Shown: one piece after another, positions 10,902 to 20,971 of the stretch | How positions within the stretch are numbered: position 1 is the first letter of the stretch | Layout of the letters: each line of letters opens with the position of its first letter | DNA from: Halarcobacter sp. | GTDB lineage: Bacteria; Campylobacterota; Campylobacteria; Campylobacterales; Arcobacteraceae | Assembly (NCBI GenBank): GCA_048571215.1 | Contig: CP182352.1 | Location: forward strand, 3,520,001-3,584,000 | DNA length: 64,000 nucleotides | Direction: 5' to 3' | The notes under the pieces: generated by a model | Told to the model about the DNA's origin: nothing | Database searches by the model: none | The model's input: only the letters and a program-made list of their open reading frames with translations | Made by a program: the position numbers and the translations under genes

Positions 10902-10942
10902 TAAGTTGGAAGAGTTAGAAAAGTCTAGTTCTTCCCAACTTA
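10902..10942 (+). terminator. Hairpin after dnaK
   Basis: TAAGTTGGAAGAGTTAGA-AAAG-TCTAGTTCTTCCCAACTTA imperfect stem. Confidence 0.5.
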
Positions 10943-10973
10943 ATTAAAAGCTACTAACTTAGCAAATAAATTT

Positions 10974-11255
10974 ATGCAAACAATAATTCTACTAATAATT
11001 CTTTTTCTAATAACAATTTTTTCTGTTATGTTATACTTTAAAAATAAACACTCAAGGGTTGATAAACTAAATTCAGGAGAGTGCCCCTCTTGTGGTCAGA
11101 AAACAAAAACCTTTTATGATGAAAATACAAAAACTACTTTTAAATCAGAAGTTATAAAAGCAAGATTGCTCAAAGGTGATTGTTGCTCAGGTGTAAAAGA
11201 GATTGAATACACTTGTAAATCATGTGGATTAAAAGAAGTATATTCTCAAGTTTAG
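10974..11255 (+). CDS. Small membrane-anchored zinc-ribbon-like protein
   Basis: N-terminal TM; CPSCG ... CKSCG. Confidence 0.7.
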   Translation: MQTIILLIILFLITIFSVMLYFKNKHSRVDKLNSGECPSCGQKTKTFYDENTKTTFKSEVIKARLLKGDCCSGVKEIEYTCKSCGLKEVYSQV

Positions 11256-11310
11256 CTTTTATTAACTTTTAGATGCTAATATTTCAATCAAATATTAAAA
11301 AAGGTTTTTT

Positions 11311-12402
11311 ATGAGGTATCTTATATTTTCAATTTTTTCTTTAATTTTACTTTTTACAGGGTGTACTCCCAAATATGAAACAATAAGCAAAGTATCAAAA
11401 AAAGCAAAACTTAAAAAAATCACATTTGAACAAATAGATGGTTTTTATGAAGATGATTTAAATTATGCTTTTGAAGTTTTCAAAAAAGATTGCAAAAGAG
11501 CAAAGAGGTTTGAACTACTTAAAAATGTATGTGAAAAGGCAAATCAATATACTAATGCCTCGGAATTTTTTACTACAAATTTTACCCCTTATGAACTTAT
11601 AAATTCAGATGGTTCAAATTTAGGAACTATAACAGGATATTATGAACCACTTTTACATGGAAGTTTGGAAAAAACTGAAAAATATAAATATCCAGTTTAT
11701 AAATCTCCTGATGATATGATTACTGTTAAATTAACTTCAATTTACCCAGAGCTAAAAAAATATAGATTAAGGGGAAAAATAAAAGGTAATACTTTAATCC
11801 CTTATGATGATAGGGAAGCGATTAAAAAAAGGGATGATTTAGAGGCTATTTGTTATGTTGATGATAAACTTGATTTATTTTTTCTTCAAATTCAAGGTTC
11901 AGGTAAAGTAAAACTTGAAAATGGAGATATTTTAAATATAGGTTATGCAAATCAAAATGGACATAAATATACAGGTATTGGACGACTTTTATTAAATGAA
12001 AAAGTTCTTCAAGGTTATGGAGCTTCTATGCAAGGTATAAAAGCTTATTTAAAAGATAACCCACAAAGAGTTGATGAAGTTCTAAATAAAAATAAGAGTT
12101 ATATCTTTTTTTCAAAAAGAGATAGTGGAGCAGTTGGAGCTTTGGGTACACCTTTAGTTGCTTATAGAAATTTAGCAGTTGATAGAAGATACATACCTTT
12201 AGGGATGCCTGTATTTATAAATACAAAGAATTCTGTTACCCAAGATAAAATTTCAAACTTAACGGTTGCAGCTGATGTAGGTGGAGCTATAAATGGTCAA
12301 ATACGTGCAGACTTTTTTTATGGATTTGGTAAAGATGCAGAAGTTTATGCAGGTGGGATGCATGAAAAAGGAAGCTTAACAGTTCTAATTCCCAACGAGT
12401 AA
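11311..12402 (+). CDS. mltA: Membrane-bound lytic murein transglycosylase A
   Basis: Lipobox FTGC; TGYYEP, FFLQIQGSG, ADVGGAING...RADFFYG. Confidence 0.93.
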   Translation: MRYLIFSIFSLILLFTGCTPKYETISKVSKKAKLKKITFEQIDGFYEDDLNYAFEVFKKDCKRAKRFELLKNVCEKANQYTNASEFFTTNFTPYELINSDGSNLGTITGYYEPLLHGSLEKTEKYKYPVYKSPDDMITVKLTSIYPELKKYRLRGKIKGNTLIPYDDREAIKKRDDLEAICYVDDKLDLFFLQIQGSGKVKLENGDILNIGYANQNGHKYTGIGRLLLNEKVLQGYGASMQGIKAYLKDNPQRVDEVLNKNKSYIFFSKRDSGAVGALGTPLVAYRNLAVDRRYIPLGMPVFINTKNSVTQDKISNLTVAADVGGAINGQIRADFFYGFGKDAEVYAGGMHEKGSLTVLIPNE

Positions 12403-12429
12403 CAATATAGACTCTAAGAGTCTATATTG
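12403..12429. terminator. Bidirectional terminator hairpin
   Basis: CAATATAGACTC-TAA-GAGTCTATATTG between convergent genes. Confidence 0.65.
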
Positions 12430-12431
12430 AA

Positions 12432-12671
12432 CTAGTTACAGTGTCCACCACCACAACATCCAGATGGTTTGTCTTGTGCAAATGTAATCACAAAGTTATC
12501 ATTAAACTCAACTAAATCAAAATCGTGTTTACCACAGAACTCATCATTCATTTGATTTTTCATCTCAATTGCTTTGCTTAAAGCATCATCTTTTGATTCA
12601 ATTTGTAAATTATTATCTAAAGTACTTTTTTTAAAACAACCACACTCTTTTTCTACTTTTATTGTAAACAT
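12432..12671 (-). CDS. Small Cys-rich hypothetical protein
   Basis: AAGGA SD; ECGCFKKS, FCGKH, C-terminal GCCGGGHC. Confidence 0.75.
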   Translation of the reverse strand: MFTIKVEKECGCFKKSTLDNNLQIESKDDALSKAIEMKNQMNDEFCGKHDFDLVEFNDNFVITFAQDKPSGCCGGGHCN

Positions 12672-12801
12672 CTATATTTCCTTTTATAAATTTTTGTATT
12701 TCTAAATCGAAGATTATCACATTTACTTCAAAAAAATCTTAGGTATTTATTTTAAATAGTAATTTTAAAAATCAAGATAAGTTTAGGTAGAATACAAAAA
12801 A

Positions 12802-13626
12802 TTGATAAAAATAGGGTTTTTAATGCATATAACAAATTTGATTTCTCAGTATTTTGGAAAGTTTGCGAAAACTGAATTTCCTTCTCTTATTCAAAGATTT
12901 ATAAACAACAGTTATGTGAAGTTTTTGAATCTTGATATGAGTGAATTTAGAAATGGTAAATATTATAAATCTTTAAATGATTTATTTACAAGAGAGTTAG
13001 CAATCCCAAGAGAAATTAACAATGATAAAGATAATTTTATCTCTCCAACAGATAGTTTAATTACCCAATGTGGGGAGTTAAAAAAAGACTTGCTTTTACA
13101 AATAAAAGGGATGGAGTACAGTGTTGAAGAGCTTTTAACATATAGTTGTGCTAATAACTTTGATAAGTTGCAAGATGGAAAATATATGAATTTTTATCTT
13201 TCACCGAAAGATTATCATAGATATCATGCACCTAGTGATTTTAAAGTTACAAAACTTATCCATGTACCAGGGAAGCTTTATCCTGTAAATTTAAAATATT
13301 TAAATAAAAAATTAGACTTATTTATTGAAAATGAAAGGGTTATCTTAGAATGTATTTTTGAAGATAAACTTTTTTATATGGTATTTGTTGGAGCTTTAAA
13401 TGTGGGACAAATGGTTTTTAATTTTGAGCCTAGGGTTGAAACTAATATTGATGTAAAAGAGATAAAAGTTTATGAGTATGAAAATCTTACAATAAAAAAA
13501 GGTGATTGTTTAGGATACTTTAAAATGGGTTCAACTGTGGTAATGGTTTGGCAAAAAGATTTTGTAAAATTAAAGAACATAGTAGGTCGAGATGTGAGAT
13601 TTGGAGAAATAATTGCAAAGAGATAA
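12802..13626 (+). CDS. psd: Phosphatidylserine decarboxylase proenzyme (start probably ATG 12823)
   Basis: SLNDLFTR, YLSPKDYHRYHAP, VGALNVG, FKMGSTVV self-cleavage motif. Confidence 0.93.
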   Translation: MIKIGFLMHITNLISQYFGKFAKTEFPSLIQRFINNSYVKFLNLDMSEFRNGKYYKSLNDLFTRELAIPREINNDKDNFISPTDSLITQCGELKKDLLLQIKGMEYSVEELLTYSCANNFDKLQDGKYMNFYLSPKDYHRYHAPSDFKVTKLIHVPGKLYPVNLKYLNKKLDLFIENERVILECIFEDKLFYMVFVGALNVGQMVFNFEPRVETNIDVKEIKVYEYENLTIKKGDCLGYFKMGSTVVMVWQKDFVKLKNIVGRDVRFGEIIAKR

Positions 13627-13728
13627 GGGTTCTTAAAAAGAATAAATTTAGTTATCAAACTTTAAGATAATAAAAGTTTCTTTTTGTAAAAATAGAGTAT
13701 ATTTAATTAAATTATAAAAGGATTTAAA

Positions 13729-13959
13729 ATGGCAACAACAAAAATAGGAGAACTTCCATTACATGGAACAAAAAAAGGTCTAATTTCAATTTCAAATGTA
13801 AGTGAACCATATGGACAAGGAACTCCTGATATTGTAAGTATTGGTATCTTACTAAATGGAAAAGATGTAGAGTGGAAATCTCATATCCCATATGAGAATT
13901 TAGATGATGTAATAGAAATTTTACAAAAAGCAAGTGCGGCTAAAAAAGACTCAGAATAG
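13729..13959 (+). CDS. Small hypothetical protein
   Basis: AAGGA SD; 76-aa ORF followed by a terminator. Confidence 0.75.
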   Translation: MATTKIGELPLHGTKKGLISISNVSEPYGQGTPDIVSIGILLNGKDVEWKSHIPYENLDDVIEILQKASAAKKDSE

Positions 13960-13969
13960 AGTCTTTTTT
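13942..13969. terminator. Bidirectional terminator
   Basis: AAAAAAGACTC-AGAATA-GAGTCTTTTTT. Confidence 0.7.
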
Positions 13970-14324
13970 ATTTAAATTCAACATCTCTATTTTCTTGGCA
14001 CCACAATGCCATGCCTCCCATCAAATGAGCAACATTTTTATATCCATGTTGTTGAATTAAAAAATCTCCAACAACTCTAGTTCTATTTGCATGGGCACAG
14101 ATTAATACAAAAGTTTCTTCCTTTGATTTAACTATTTTTTCAAACTCCCTAAGCCAAGTTGGAATATCATGATTCCCATATTCATCAAAAAATGTTAATT
14201 TATAAGCATTTTTAATGGTTCCTGTATCTTCCCATTCTTCAGCTCTTCTAATATCAATCATCGGAATATTATCTTCAATCATAAACTCAACACTTTTAGG
14301 TGGTAAGTCAATAAGGGTACTCAT
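13968..14324 (-). CDS. Rhodanese-like domain protein
   Basis: IDIRRAEEW..GTI, active-site ICAHANRT, HLMGGMALW. Confidence 0.85.
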   Translation of the reverse strand: MSTLIDLPPKSVEFMIEDNIPMIDIRRAEEWEDTGTIKNAYKLTFFDEYGNHDIPTWLREFEKIVKSKEETFVLICAHANRTRVVGDFLIQQHGYKNVAHLMGGMALWCQENRDVEFK

Positions 14325-14477
14325 CTTAAAAACCTTTATCTATTTTGAATTATATTATCAAAAAAGGCTTGATAGTTTTATAAATATTTATTATAATTCA
14401 AAATATTAAATTAACTGTATTAATTAACAAACTCTTTACAATATTTCAATATAATAACATTAAAAAAAGGTTGATGT

Positions 14478-14846
14478 GTGTTAAAAAAGAGTTTTGTTAT
14501 ATTATTATTTAGTTATATTTCGCTTTTTGGTTTTGAGCATTTAAATCCATTGGATATGAAAGAAAAACTAGAGAATAAAAAAGTTGTTATTGATTTTTAT
14601 GCTACTTGGTGTCCCCCTTGTAAAATAGTTGCACAAAATTTAGTTGAGTTTGATAAGATAAAACCTAAAGATGTTTTTATATATAAAGTGGATGTTGATG
14701 AGTATAAAGAGATAGCACTTGATTATGGTGTTCAAGGATTACCAACTTTGGCATACTTTAAAAATGGTAAACTTGTGGCAAAAGAATTGGGTCTAAGAAG
14801 TGTAAAACAACTTTCACAAGATGTGAAAAAATATCTAGAAAAATAA
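14478..14846 (+). CDS. Exported thioredoxin-family protein
   Basis: Signal peptide; DFYATWCPPCK; GLPTL. Confidence 0.85.
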   Translation: MLKKSFVILLFSYISLFGFEHLNPLDMKEKLENKKVVIDFYATWCPPCKIVAQNLVEFDKIKPKDVFIYKVDVDEYKEIALDYGVQGLPTLAYFKNGKLVAKELGLRSVKQLSQDVKKYLEK

Positions 14847-14855
14847 GGAAGTTTT

Positions 14856-16592
14856 ATGAAAAAGATTTTATTGTTACTTGTTTGTTCAATCTTTGCTTTT
14901 GCAGTTGAGCAAAATTTCTTAGAACCTGAAGAAGCTTTCAAGGTAAAATTAACTCAAAATCAAGATGCTGTTAATATTAATATAGAACTTGGGAAAGATA
15001 TATATTTATATGATGATAAATTAAAAGTTGAATTAACTAAACCCAACAAAGAGGATATTACCTCAAAACTTGATATGCCAAAACCAGAAGCCTACCATGA
15101 GTTTATAGTGCATTTTAATAGTTTTAGTGTTGATGTACCAAATAGTTTAATATCTAAGTTAATTAGTGACAATAATTATGAGCTAACAATCTATTTTCAA
15201 GGTTGTTCAAAAGCTGGGCTTTGTTATGCTCCAATGAGTGAGAGTAAAAGTTTTAGTTTAAAAACGAACAAAGCAGAAACAAAAAGTGTTGCACAAAAAA
15301 AAGTTGCAAAAGATAGTCTAAATGAAACGGACTCTATTGCAAATAGTTTAAAAGATGGAAGTGTACTTTTAATACTAGCTACATTTTTTGGTTTTGGATT
15401 ACTTCTTTCTTTTACCCCATGCGTGTTTCCTATGATTCCTATATTATCATCAATTATTGTAAAAGCTGGAAATGAATCTCAAATGAGTGCTAAAAAAGGC
15501 TTTTTATTATCTTTGGTATATGTCTTAGCTATGAGTTTTGCATATACTATTGCAGGGGTTTTAGCAGGATTATTTGGAGCAAACTTACAAGCATCTTTAC
15601 AAAACCCTTATGTGTTAGTTGCCTTTGCTTTAATATTTGTGATTTTGGCTTTTTCTATGTTTGGATATTTTAAACTTGAACTCCCTCAAAGTTTACAGAA
15701 TAAAATAAATAAAACAACAGATGGAAAAGAGAAACAAGGTGTATTTGGAATAGCTATTATGGGATTTTTATCTGCACTTATTGTAGGACCTTGTGTTGCT
15801 CCTCCACTTGCAGGTGCTTTAGTATATATAGGTCAAACTGGGGATGCCATCTTAGGTGGAATGGCACTATTTGTGATGAGTTTAGGTATGGGAGTTCCTT
15901 TACTTGCTATAGGTATTGGAGCAGGAAAATTTATGCCAAAACCAGGTGGTTGGATGGATTCTGTAACCAAAATCTTTGGAATCATAATGCTAGCAATTGC
16001 AGTTTGGATGTTAGATAGAGTATTAGACCCAACACTAATTATGTTTTTATGGGCATTTTTATTAATAGGTGCTGCTTTATATTTAAAAATTTATGAACAT
16101 ATATTAGTAAGATTATTAACAACTGTAATTTTTATCTATGGGGTTTTAGTTTTTGTTGGAGCAGTAAGTGGAGCAACAAATGTTTTAAAACCTTTAGACT
16201 CTTTTAGTTCAACAAAAATAGTAAGAGCTAGTAGTAGTGCTTTAAACTTTACAAAAGTTAAAAATTTAGATGAGTTAGAAAAAGCAATAAAAGCTTCTAA
16301 AAAACCAGTTATGTTGGATTTTTGGGCTTCTTGGTGTGTAGCTTGTAAAGAGTTAGAAGAAAACACTTTTAAAGATGAAGATGTTATTAAAAAACTTTCT
16401 GGATTTACCCTTTTACAAGCTGATGTAACAGCTAATAATCAAGAAGATAAAGAGCTTATGAAAAGATTTTCTATCTTTGGACCTCCTGGAATTATCTTTT
16501 GGGATGAAAACAATAATGAAATTAGTAGTGCTAAGATTGTTGGATATAAAGATCCAAAAGAGTTTTTAGAGATAGTAAATAAGAATTTTTGA
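14856..16592 (+). CDS. dsbD: Thiol:disulfide interchange protein DsbD
   Basis: QGCSKAGLCY, FTPCVFPMIP, GPCVAPPL, WCVACKE. Confidence 0.96.
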   Translation: MKKILLLLVCSIFAFAVEQNFLEPEEAFKVKLTQNQDAVNINIELGKDIYLYDDKLKVELTKPNKEDITSKLDMPKPEAYHEFIVHFNSFSVDVPNSLISKLISDNNYELTIYFQGCSKAGLCYAPMSESKSFSLKTNKAETKSVAQKKVAKDSLNETDSIANSLKDGSVLLILATFFGFGLLLSFTPCVFPMIPILSSIIVKAGNESQMSAKKGFLLSLVYVLAMSFAYTIAGVLAGLFGANLQASLQNPYVLVAFALIFVILAFSMFGYFKLELPQSLQNKINKTTDGKEKQGVFGIAIMGFLSALIVGPCVAPPLAGALVYIGQTGDAILGGMALFVMSLGMGVPLLAIGIGAGKFMPKPGGWMDSVTKIFGIIMLAIAVWMLDRVLDPTLIMFLWAFLLIGAALYLKIYEHILVRLLTTVIFIYGVLVFVGAVSGATNVLKPLDSFSSTKIVRASSSALNFTKVKNLDELEKAIKASKKPVMLDFWASWCVACKELEENTFKDEDVIKKLSGFTLLQADVTANNQEDKELMKRFSIFGPPGIIFWDENNNEISSAKIVGYKDPKEFLEIVNKNF

Positions 16593-16609
16593 TTAATTTT
16601 GAAGTGTCT

Positions 16610-16635
16610 AAAAGAAGAGCGTAAGCTCTTCTTTT
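16610..16635. terminator. Bidirectional terminator
   Basis: AAAAGAAGAGC-GTAA-GCTCTTCTTTT between convergent dsbD and DASS genes. Confidence 0.75.
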
Positions 16636-18044
16636 TAGATAAATATTAAAGCACCAACTATTATTACTGCTAGGTATAGGGCTCCGAAGATTGCACCTAA
16701 TCCCCACCATCTAGCCTGACTTATATATCCTGCACCGTACCAAATTGGTGAAGGTCCTGTTGCATATGGAGTTATGATACCCATAAGTCCTAAACTCCCT
16801 GCAAGTAAGATTGAAAATGGTATTAATTGTTCTGGTGTCATCAATTTTACAGCAATGGCTAAGAAGATTGGCATCAATGCAGTTGTATGCGCTGTTGTAC
16901 TTGCAAAGAAGTAGTGTAAGACAAAGAACAATAACAACATTGAGATAATCAACATTGTTGGAGTCATTCCTGCTAAGTATACTTCAGCACTGTTTCCAAT
17001 CCAAGTTAACACTCCAACTTTTTTAAGTCCTGCCGCCATAGCAACTAATGAAGCAAACCAGATAAGTACGTTAAAGGCTGCTTTATTTGAAATAACATCA
17101 TCCCAAGTAATCACTCGAGTACCAACCATAATGGCAACAATTGAAATTGCAGCTGTTGTAGAATGAATACCAAAATCTTTACCAAAAATCCACAAGAAGA
17201 GTGCTAAAACAGCTAAACCTGCCATTAATAACTCTTTTGAAGTGATTTTCCCCAGTTTTTTTAACTCTGTTGCTGCCCAAGCGGGTGCTTCAGGAGAAGT
17301 TTTTTGAGTTGGTGGATAAACCACATAGACTAACCATGGTGTAAGTAAGAACAATGGAATCATCAAAGGAATCATAATGCTTGCCCAAGCAGACCATGTG
17401 ACTGTGTTTCCTGTCCCTTGGTTGATTAAATCAACTGCAAGTAAGTTTGGTGCAAGTGCTGTTAAGAACATTGAACTTGTTACACACGTTGTTGCAATTG
17501 CAACCCAAGAGATATATGAACCTAGTTTTCGTGGTTCATTCTCTGGAGTTGAATCAAAAATTAATGGAATGTTACTTGCTACTGGATAAATAGTCCCTGC
17601 ACTTCTTGCTGTGTTAGATGGCATAAATGGTGCTAATATTAAGTCTGAGAATGCCACAGCATATCCAAGTCCCAATGAGCTTTTTCCCATGTATTTAATC
17701 ATAATAAGTGAAATTCTTCTACCGAGACCTGTTTTTTTATACCCTAATGCAAACATAAATGCTGCAAAAATAAGCCAAATTACTGTGTTAGAAAAACCAG
17801 AAAGTGCCCATGAAATACTAGCTTTTGCATTTCCCATTAATCCAAGTAATGCAACAATAGAAATCCCTGTGAATCCTACAAGCGCAGCTGGTACTGGCTC
17901 AACGATAAGTCCTACGACAACTGCAAAGAATACAGCTAAAAAGTGCCAAGCTTCAATGCTCAAACCTTCAGGTGCTGGAATAAACCAGAATACTAATAGT
18001 GTAGCAATTGGCACCAACGATTTAAAAGATAGAATCGGTGACAT
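16635..18044 (-). CDS. DASS-family di/tricarboxylate antiporter (CitT/TtdT-like)
   Basis: PSNTARS, SSMFLTALAPN, HYFFASTTAH, TPYATGPSPIWYG. Confidence 0.9.
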   Translation of the reverse strand: MSPILSFKSLVPIATLLVFWFIPAPEGLSIEAWHFLAVFFAVVVGLIVEPVPAALVGFTGISIVALLGLMGNAKASISWALSGFSNTVIWLIFAAFMFALGYKKTGLGRRISLIMIKYMGKSSLGLGYAVAFSDLILAPFMPSNTARSAGTIYPVASNIPLIFDSTPENEPRKLGSYISWVAIATTCVTSSMFLTALAPNLLAVDLINQGTGNTVTWSAWASIMIPLMIPLFLLTPWLVYVVYPPTQKTSPEAPAWAATELKKLGKITSKELLMAGLAVLALFLWIFGKDFGIHSTTAAISIVAIMVGTRVITWDDVISNKAAFNVLIWFASLVAMAAGLKKVGVLTWIGNSAEVYLAGMTPTMLIISMLLLFFVLHYFFASTTAHTTALMPIFLAIAVKLMTPEQLIPFSILLAGSLGLMGIITPYATGPSPIWYGAGYISQARWWGLGAIFGALYLAVIIVGALIFI

Positions 18045-18141
18045 CTTAAACTCCTTAATTTATTTTTATAATTAAATTATAGAATTAAGTTAGGGATAAA
18101 AATAGGACTTTTTTGATAATATAAGAAAAAAAATAAGAAAT

Positions 18142-20340
18142 ATGATGAAATTTTTAATAGTTTTTATAATTTGTACCTTATCACTGTTTGCTTTTGAGAA
18201 AAATGAGATACTTTTATTACACTCTTATAATAAGGGTTTAAAATGGAGTGATGGAATATCAAAGGGTGTTAATGAAGTGTTTGAAAAACATCCAGAATAT
18301 GAACTGACAACTGAATATATGGATAGTAAGAAGATTGATACAGATGAATATCTAGAAACACTTTTAAGACTTTATGAACTTAAATTCTCAAAAAGAGAGT
18401 ACAAAGCTGTAATAGTTGCAGATAATTATGCTTATATATTTGCTTTAAAATATCATAAAAAGCTTTTTAAAAATGTACCAATAATATTTTGTGGACTTGA
18501 GAATTTTGAAGAAAATATAATTCCTAAAAACTTAAGAAATAAAATTACAGGGGTGATAGAGTATAAGGATGTTAAAAAAAATCTAAAGCTAATTAGTAGG
18601 GTTATAAAAAACTTGAATACAGTTTATATAATAAGTGATGATACTTTATCGTCAAATAAAATTAAACCACAAATTTTGGAAGATGCTAAAGCTTTCGAAA
18701 AAAAATTTAATGTAATCTATGATAATAAAATTGAGTTTGGAAAATTAAATAATACAGTAAAAAAACTGCCAAAAAATAGTGCAGTTTTATTTACAAGTTT
18801 TTATGTAGATAAAAATGGTGAGTATATTCCGTATAATAAAATAAGAGAGTTTTTTAAAACATCTAAATATCCAGTTTTTGCTCTAAATACTATACATCTA
18901 GGAGAAGGTGTAGTTGGTGGTATTATGATAGACCCTCAACAACAAGGTATTTTGGCTGCAAAAAAAGTTTTTGAAATCTTTTCAGGAAAAAAGATTAGTA
19001 ATATACCAGTGGAAAAACCTACAGGTAAATACTATTTTGACTATAAAGTTTTAAAAAAGTTTGATTTACTAAATAGTAATATCTCTACCCTTTCAACTAT
19101 TATAAATAAACCAAAAAACTTTTTTGATAATAATAGGGAATTAGTAAATAGTGTATTTGTTATGGTACCTATATTGATATTGTTATTGCTGGGACTAATT
19201 GTGGCTATTGTTAGAAATACAAAGGCTGAGATAAAACTATTTGAGCAAAATAAACTTGATAATGTTTTACTGAACAACATAAAAAATGCAATATTTTGGG
19301 AAAGTAATGATGGAGTTGTATTGGGATGCAACAATGCATTTTGTAAATTTGTAAAACTTCATAAAGATGATATTTTGGGAAACAAAGTTTTTAATCTTAT
19401 GCCTGTTGGAATACAAAGATTAAAAATTTTACATAAAACCTTTGAAGAGGAAGAGATTCTTATAAAAGATGAAAAAAATCAAGAAAGATATCTATTTATA
19501 AGAAGAAAACAGTATTTTGATAAAAAAGAGAGAAAAGCTGGTGTTGTTACAGTTATAAGTGATCATACAAATATAAAACAACTTGAGAAAAGACGACAAA
19601 ATGATGAGAAGTTTGTAGTCCAAAGAGCAAAAACTGCAGAAATAGGGGAGATGATAACCTCAATTGCCCACCAATGGAAAAAACCTCTTATTGAGATTTC
19701 TACTATAGTTCAAGAGTTACTATATAAAAGAAGTAAAAAAGATATTAGTGTAAAAGAGACTAAAGAGTATGTAGATGAGATTATGACACAAGTTCAATAT
19801 ATGACACAAACTATTGATAATTTTAGAAGTTTTATAAAACCCTCTATAAAAAAGAGTAACTTTTGTATAAAGAAATCATTTGATTCTATTTTAGAGGTGA
19901 TGGAGCATAGTATTAAATATAATTATGTAGATTTGAAAGTTAGTTATGAAGGGGATAACTTAAGAATTTGTGCCTATGAAAATGAGTTTAAACAGTGTAT
20001 AATAAGTATTATAAATAATAGTATTGATAGCATAAAAAAACAAAAAAAACAAAAAGATATTGAGGGTAAAATAGTTATAGATGTATATGAAGAGAGTGAA
20101 AAAATATTTATAAGTGTAAAAGATAATGGAATAGGTATAAAACAGGATAATTTAAAAAAGGTATTTGACCCATTTTTTAGTACAAAACCAAATGGAGATG
20201 GTTTTGGACTCTATATGACAAAACTTATAATTGAAGAAAAAATGTCTGGAAGTATAGAGGCTTTAGAGTGTAATGATGGGGCAAATATTTTAATAAAATT
20301 TGAAAATAAAAGTTGTAAAGATGAAAATACTAGTACTTGA
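18142..20340 (+). CDS. Sensor histidine kinase with ABC-substrate-binding-like periplasmic domain and PAS
   Basis: ILLLHSY..W periplasmic start; TM; IAHQWKKPL; DNGIGI, FFSTK, GFGLY. Confidence 0.88.
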   Translation: MMKFLIVFIICTLSLFAFEKNEILLLHSYNKGLKWSDGISKGVNEVFEKHPEYELTTEYMDSKKIDTDEYLETLLRLYELKFSKREYKAVIVADNYAYIFALKYHKKLFKNVPIIFCGLENFEENIIPKNLRNKITGVIEYKDVKKNLKLISRVIKNLNTVYIISDDTLSSNKIKPQILEDAKAFEKKFNVIYDNKIEFGKLNNTVKKLPKNSAVLFTSFYVDKNGEYIPYNKIREFFKTSKYPVFALNTIHLGEGVVGGIMIDPQQQGILAAKKVFEIFSGKKISNIPVEKPTGKYYFDYKVLKKFDLLNSNISTLSTIINKPKNFFDNNRELVNSVFVMVPILILLLLGLIVAIVRNTKAEIKLFEQNKLDNVLLNNIKNAIFWESNDGVVLGCNNAFCKFVKLHKDDILGNKVFNLMPVGIQRLKILHKTFEEEEILIKDEKNQERYLFIRRKQYFDKKERKAGVVTVISDHTNIKQLEKRRQNDEKFVVQRAKTAEIGEMITSIAHQWKKPLIEISTIVQELLYKRSKKDISVKETKEYVDEIMTQVQYMTQTIDNFRSFIKPSIKKSNFCIKKSFDSILEVMEHSIKYNYVDLKVSYEGDNLRICAYENEFKQCIISIINNSIDSIKKQKKQKDIEGKIVIDVYEESEKIFISVKDNGIGIKQDNLKKVFDPFFSTKPNGDGFGLYMTKLIIEEKMSGSIEALECNDGANILIKFENKSCKDENTST

Positions 20341-20971
20341 AGATAATACAAGATTATCAAAACTTATTAAAGAATCTTTAGAAGAAAAAAACTATAAGGT
20401 TGATCTTTTTGAAGATGGAAAAGAGGCAGTTAAAAAAATATATGATGGATATGATTGTTTTGTTTTGGATATAAATGTTCCAGGGATTGATGGACTTACA
20501 ATACTTAGTGAAATTAAAAATATTGAGAAAAAAATCCCATGTATAATTATTAGTGCAAATGTGGATTTAGAAACCTTAAAAGATGCCTATGGAAAAGGGT
20601 GCAACGAATATTTGAAAAAACCATTTTATATATATGAGTTAGAATTAAAAATAGAAAAGCTTTGTAAAAAAGATAGGGATCTGATTTTATTAAAAGATGA
20701 TACATCTTATAGCTTAGAAAAAGAAAAACTTTTTAAAGGTGAAGAGGAGATTAAACTATCAAAAAAAGAGATACTTCTTTTAAACCTTTTTTCTAAAAAT
20801 TTAGAAAAAATAGTTACCTTTGAACATATTGAACAATATGTATGGGAAGGGGATTTAACTACTACTGAAAACATAAGAGCCCTTATAAAAAGAATTAGAA
20901 GAAAACTGCCAAAAGATACAATAGTTTCCCAAGGTGGTATGGGATACAAATTGGTTTTAAGGGATAAATAG
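20321..20971 (+). CDS. OmpR-family response regulator
   Basis: MKILVLEDN start (ATG 20321), LDINVPG, KKPF, GGMGYKL. Confidence 0.88.
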   Translation: MKILVLEDNTRLSKLIKESLEEKNYKVDLFEDGKEAVKKIYDGYDCFVLDINVPGIDGLTILSEIKNIEKKIPCIIISANVDLETLKDAYGKGCNEYLKKPFYIYELELKIEKLCKKDRDLILLKDDTSYSLEKEKLFKGEEEIKLSKKEILLLNLFSKNLEKIVTFEHIEQYVWEGDLTTTENIRALIKRIRRKLPKDTIVSQGGMGYKLVLRDK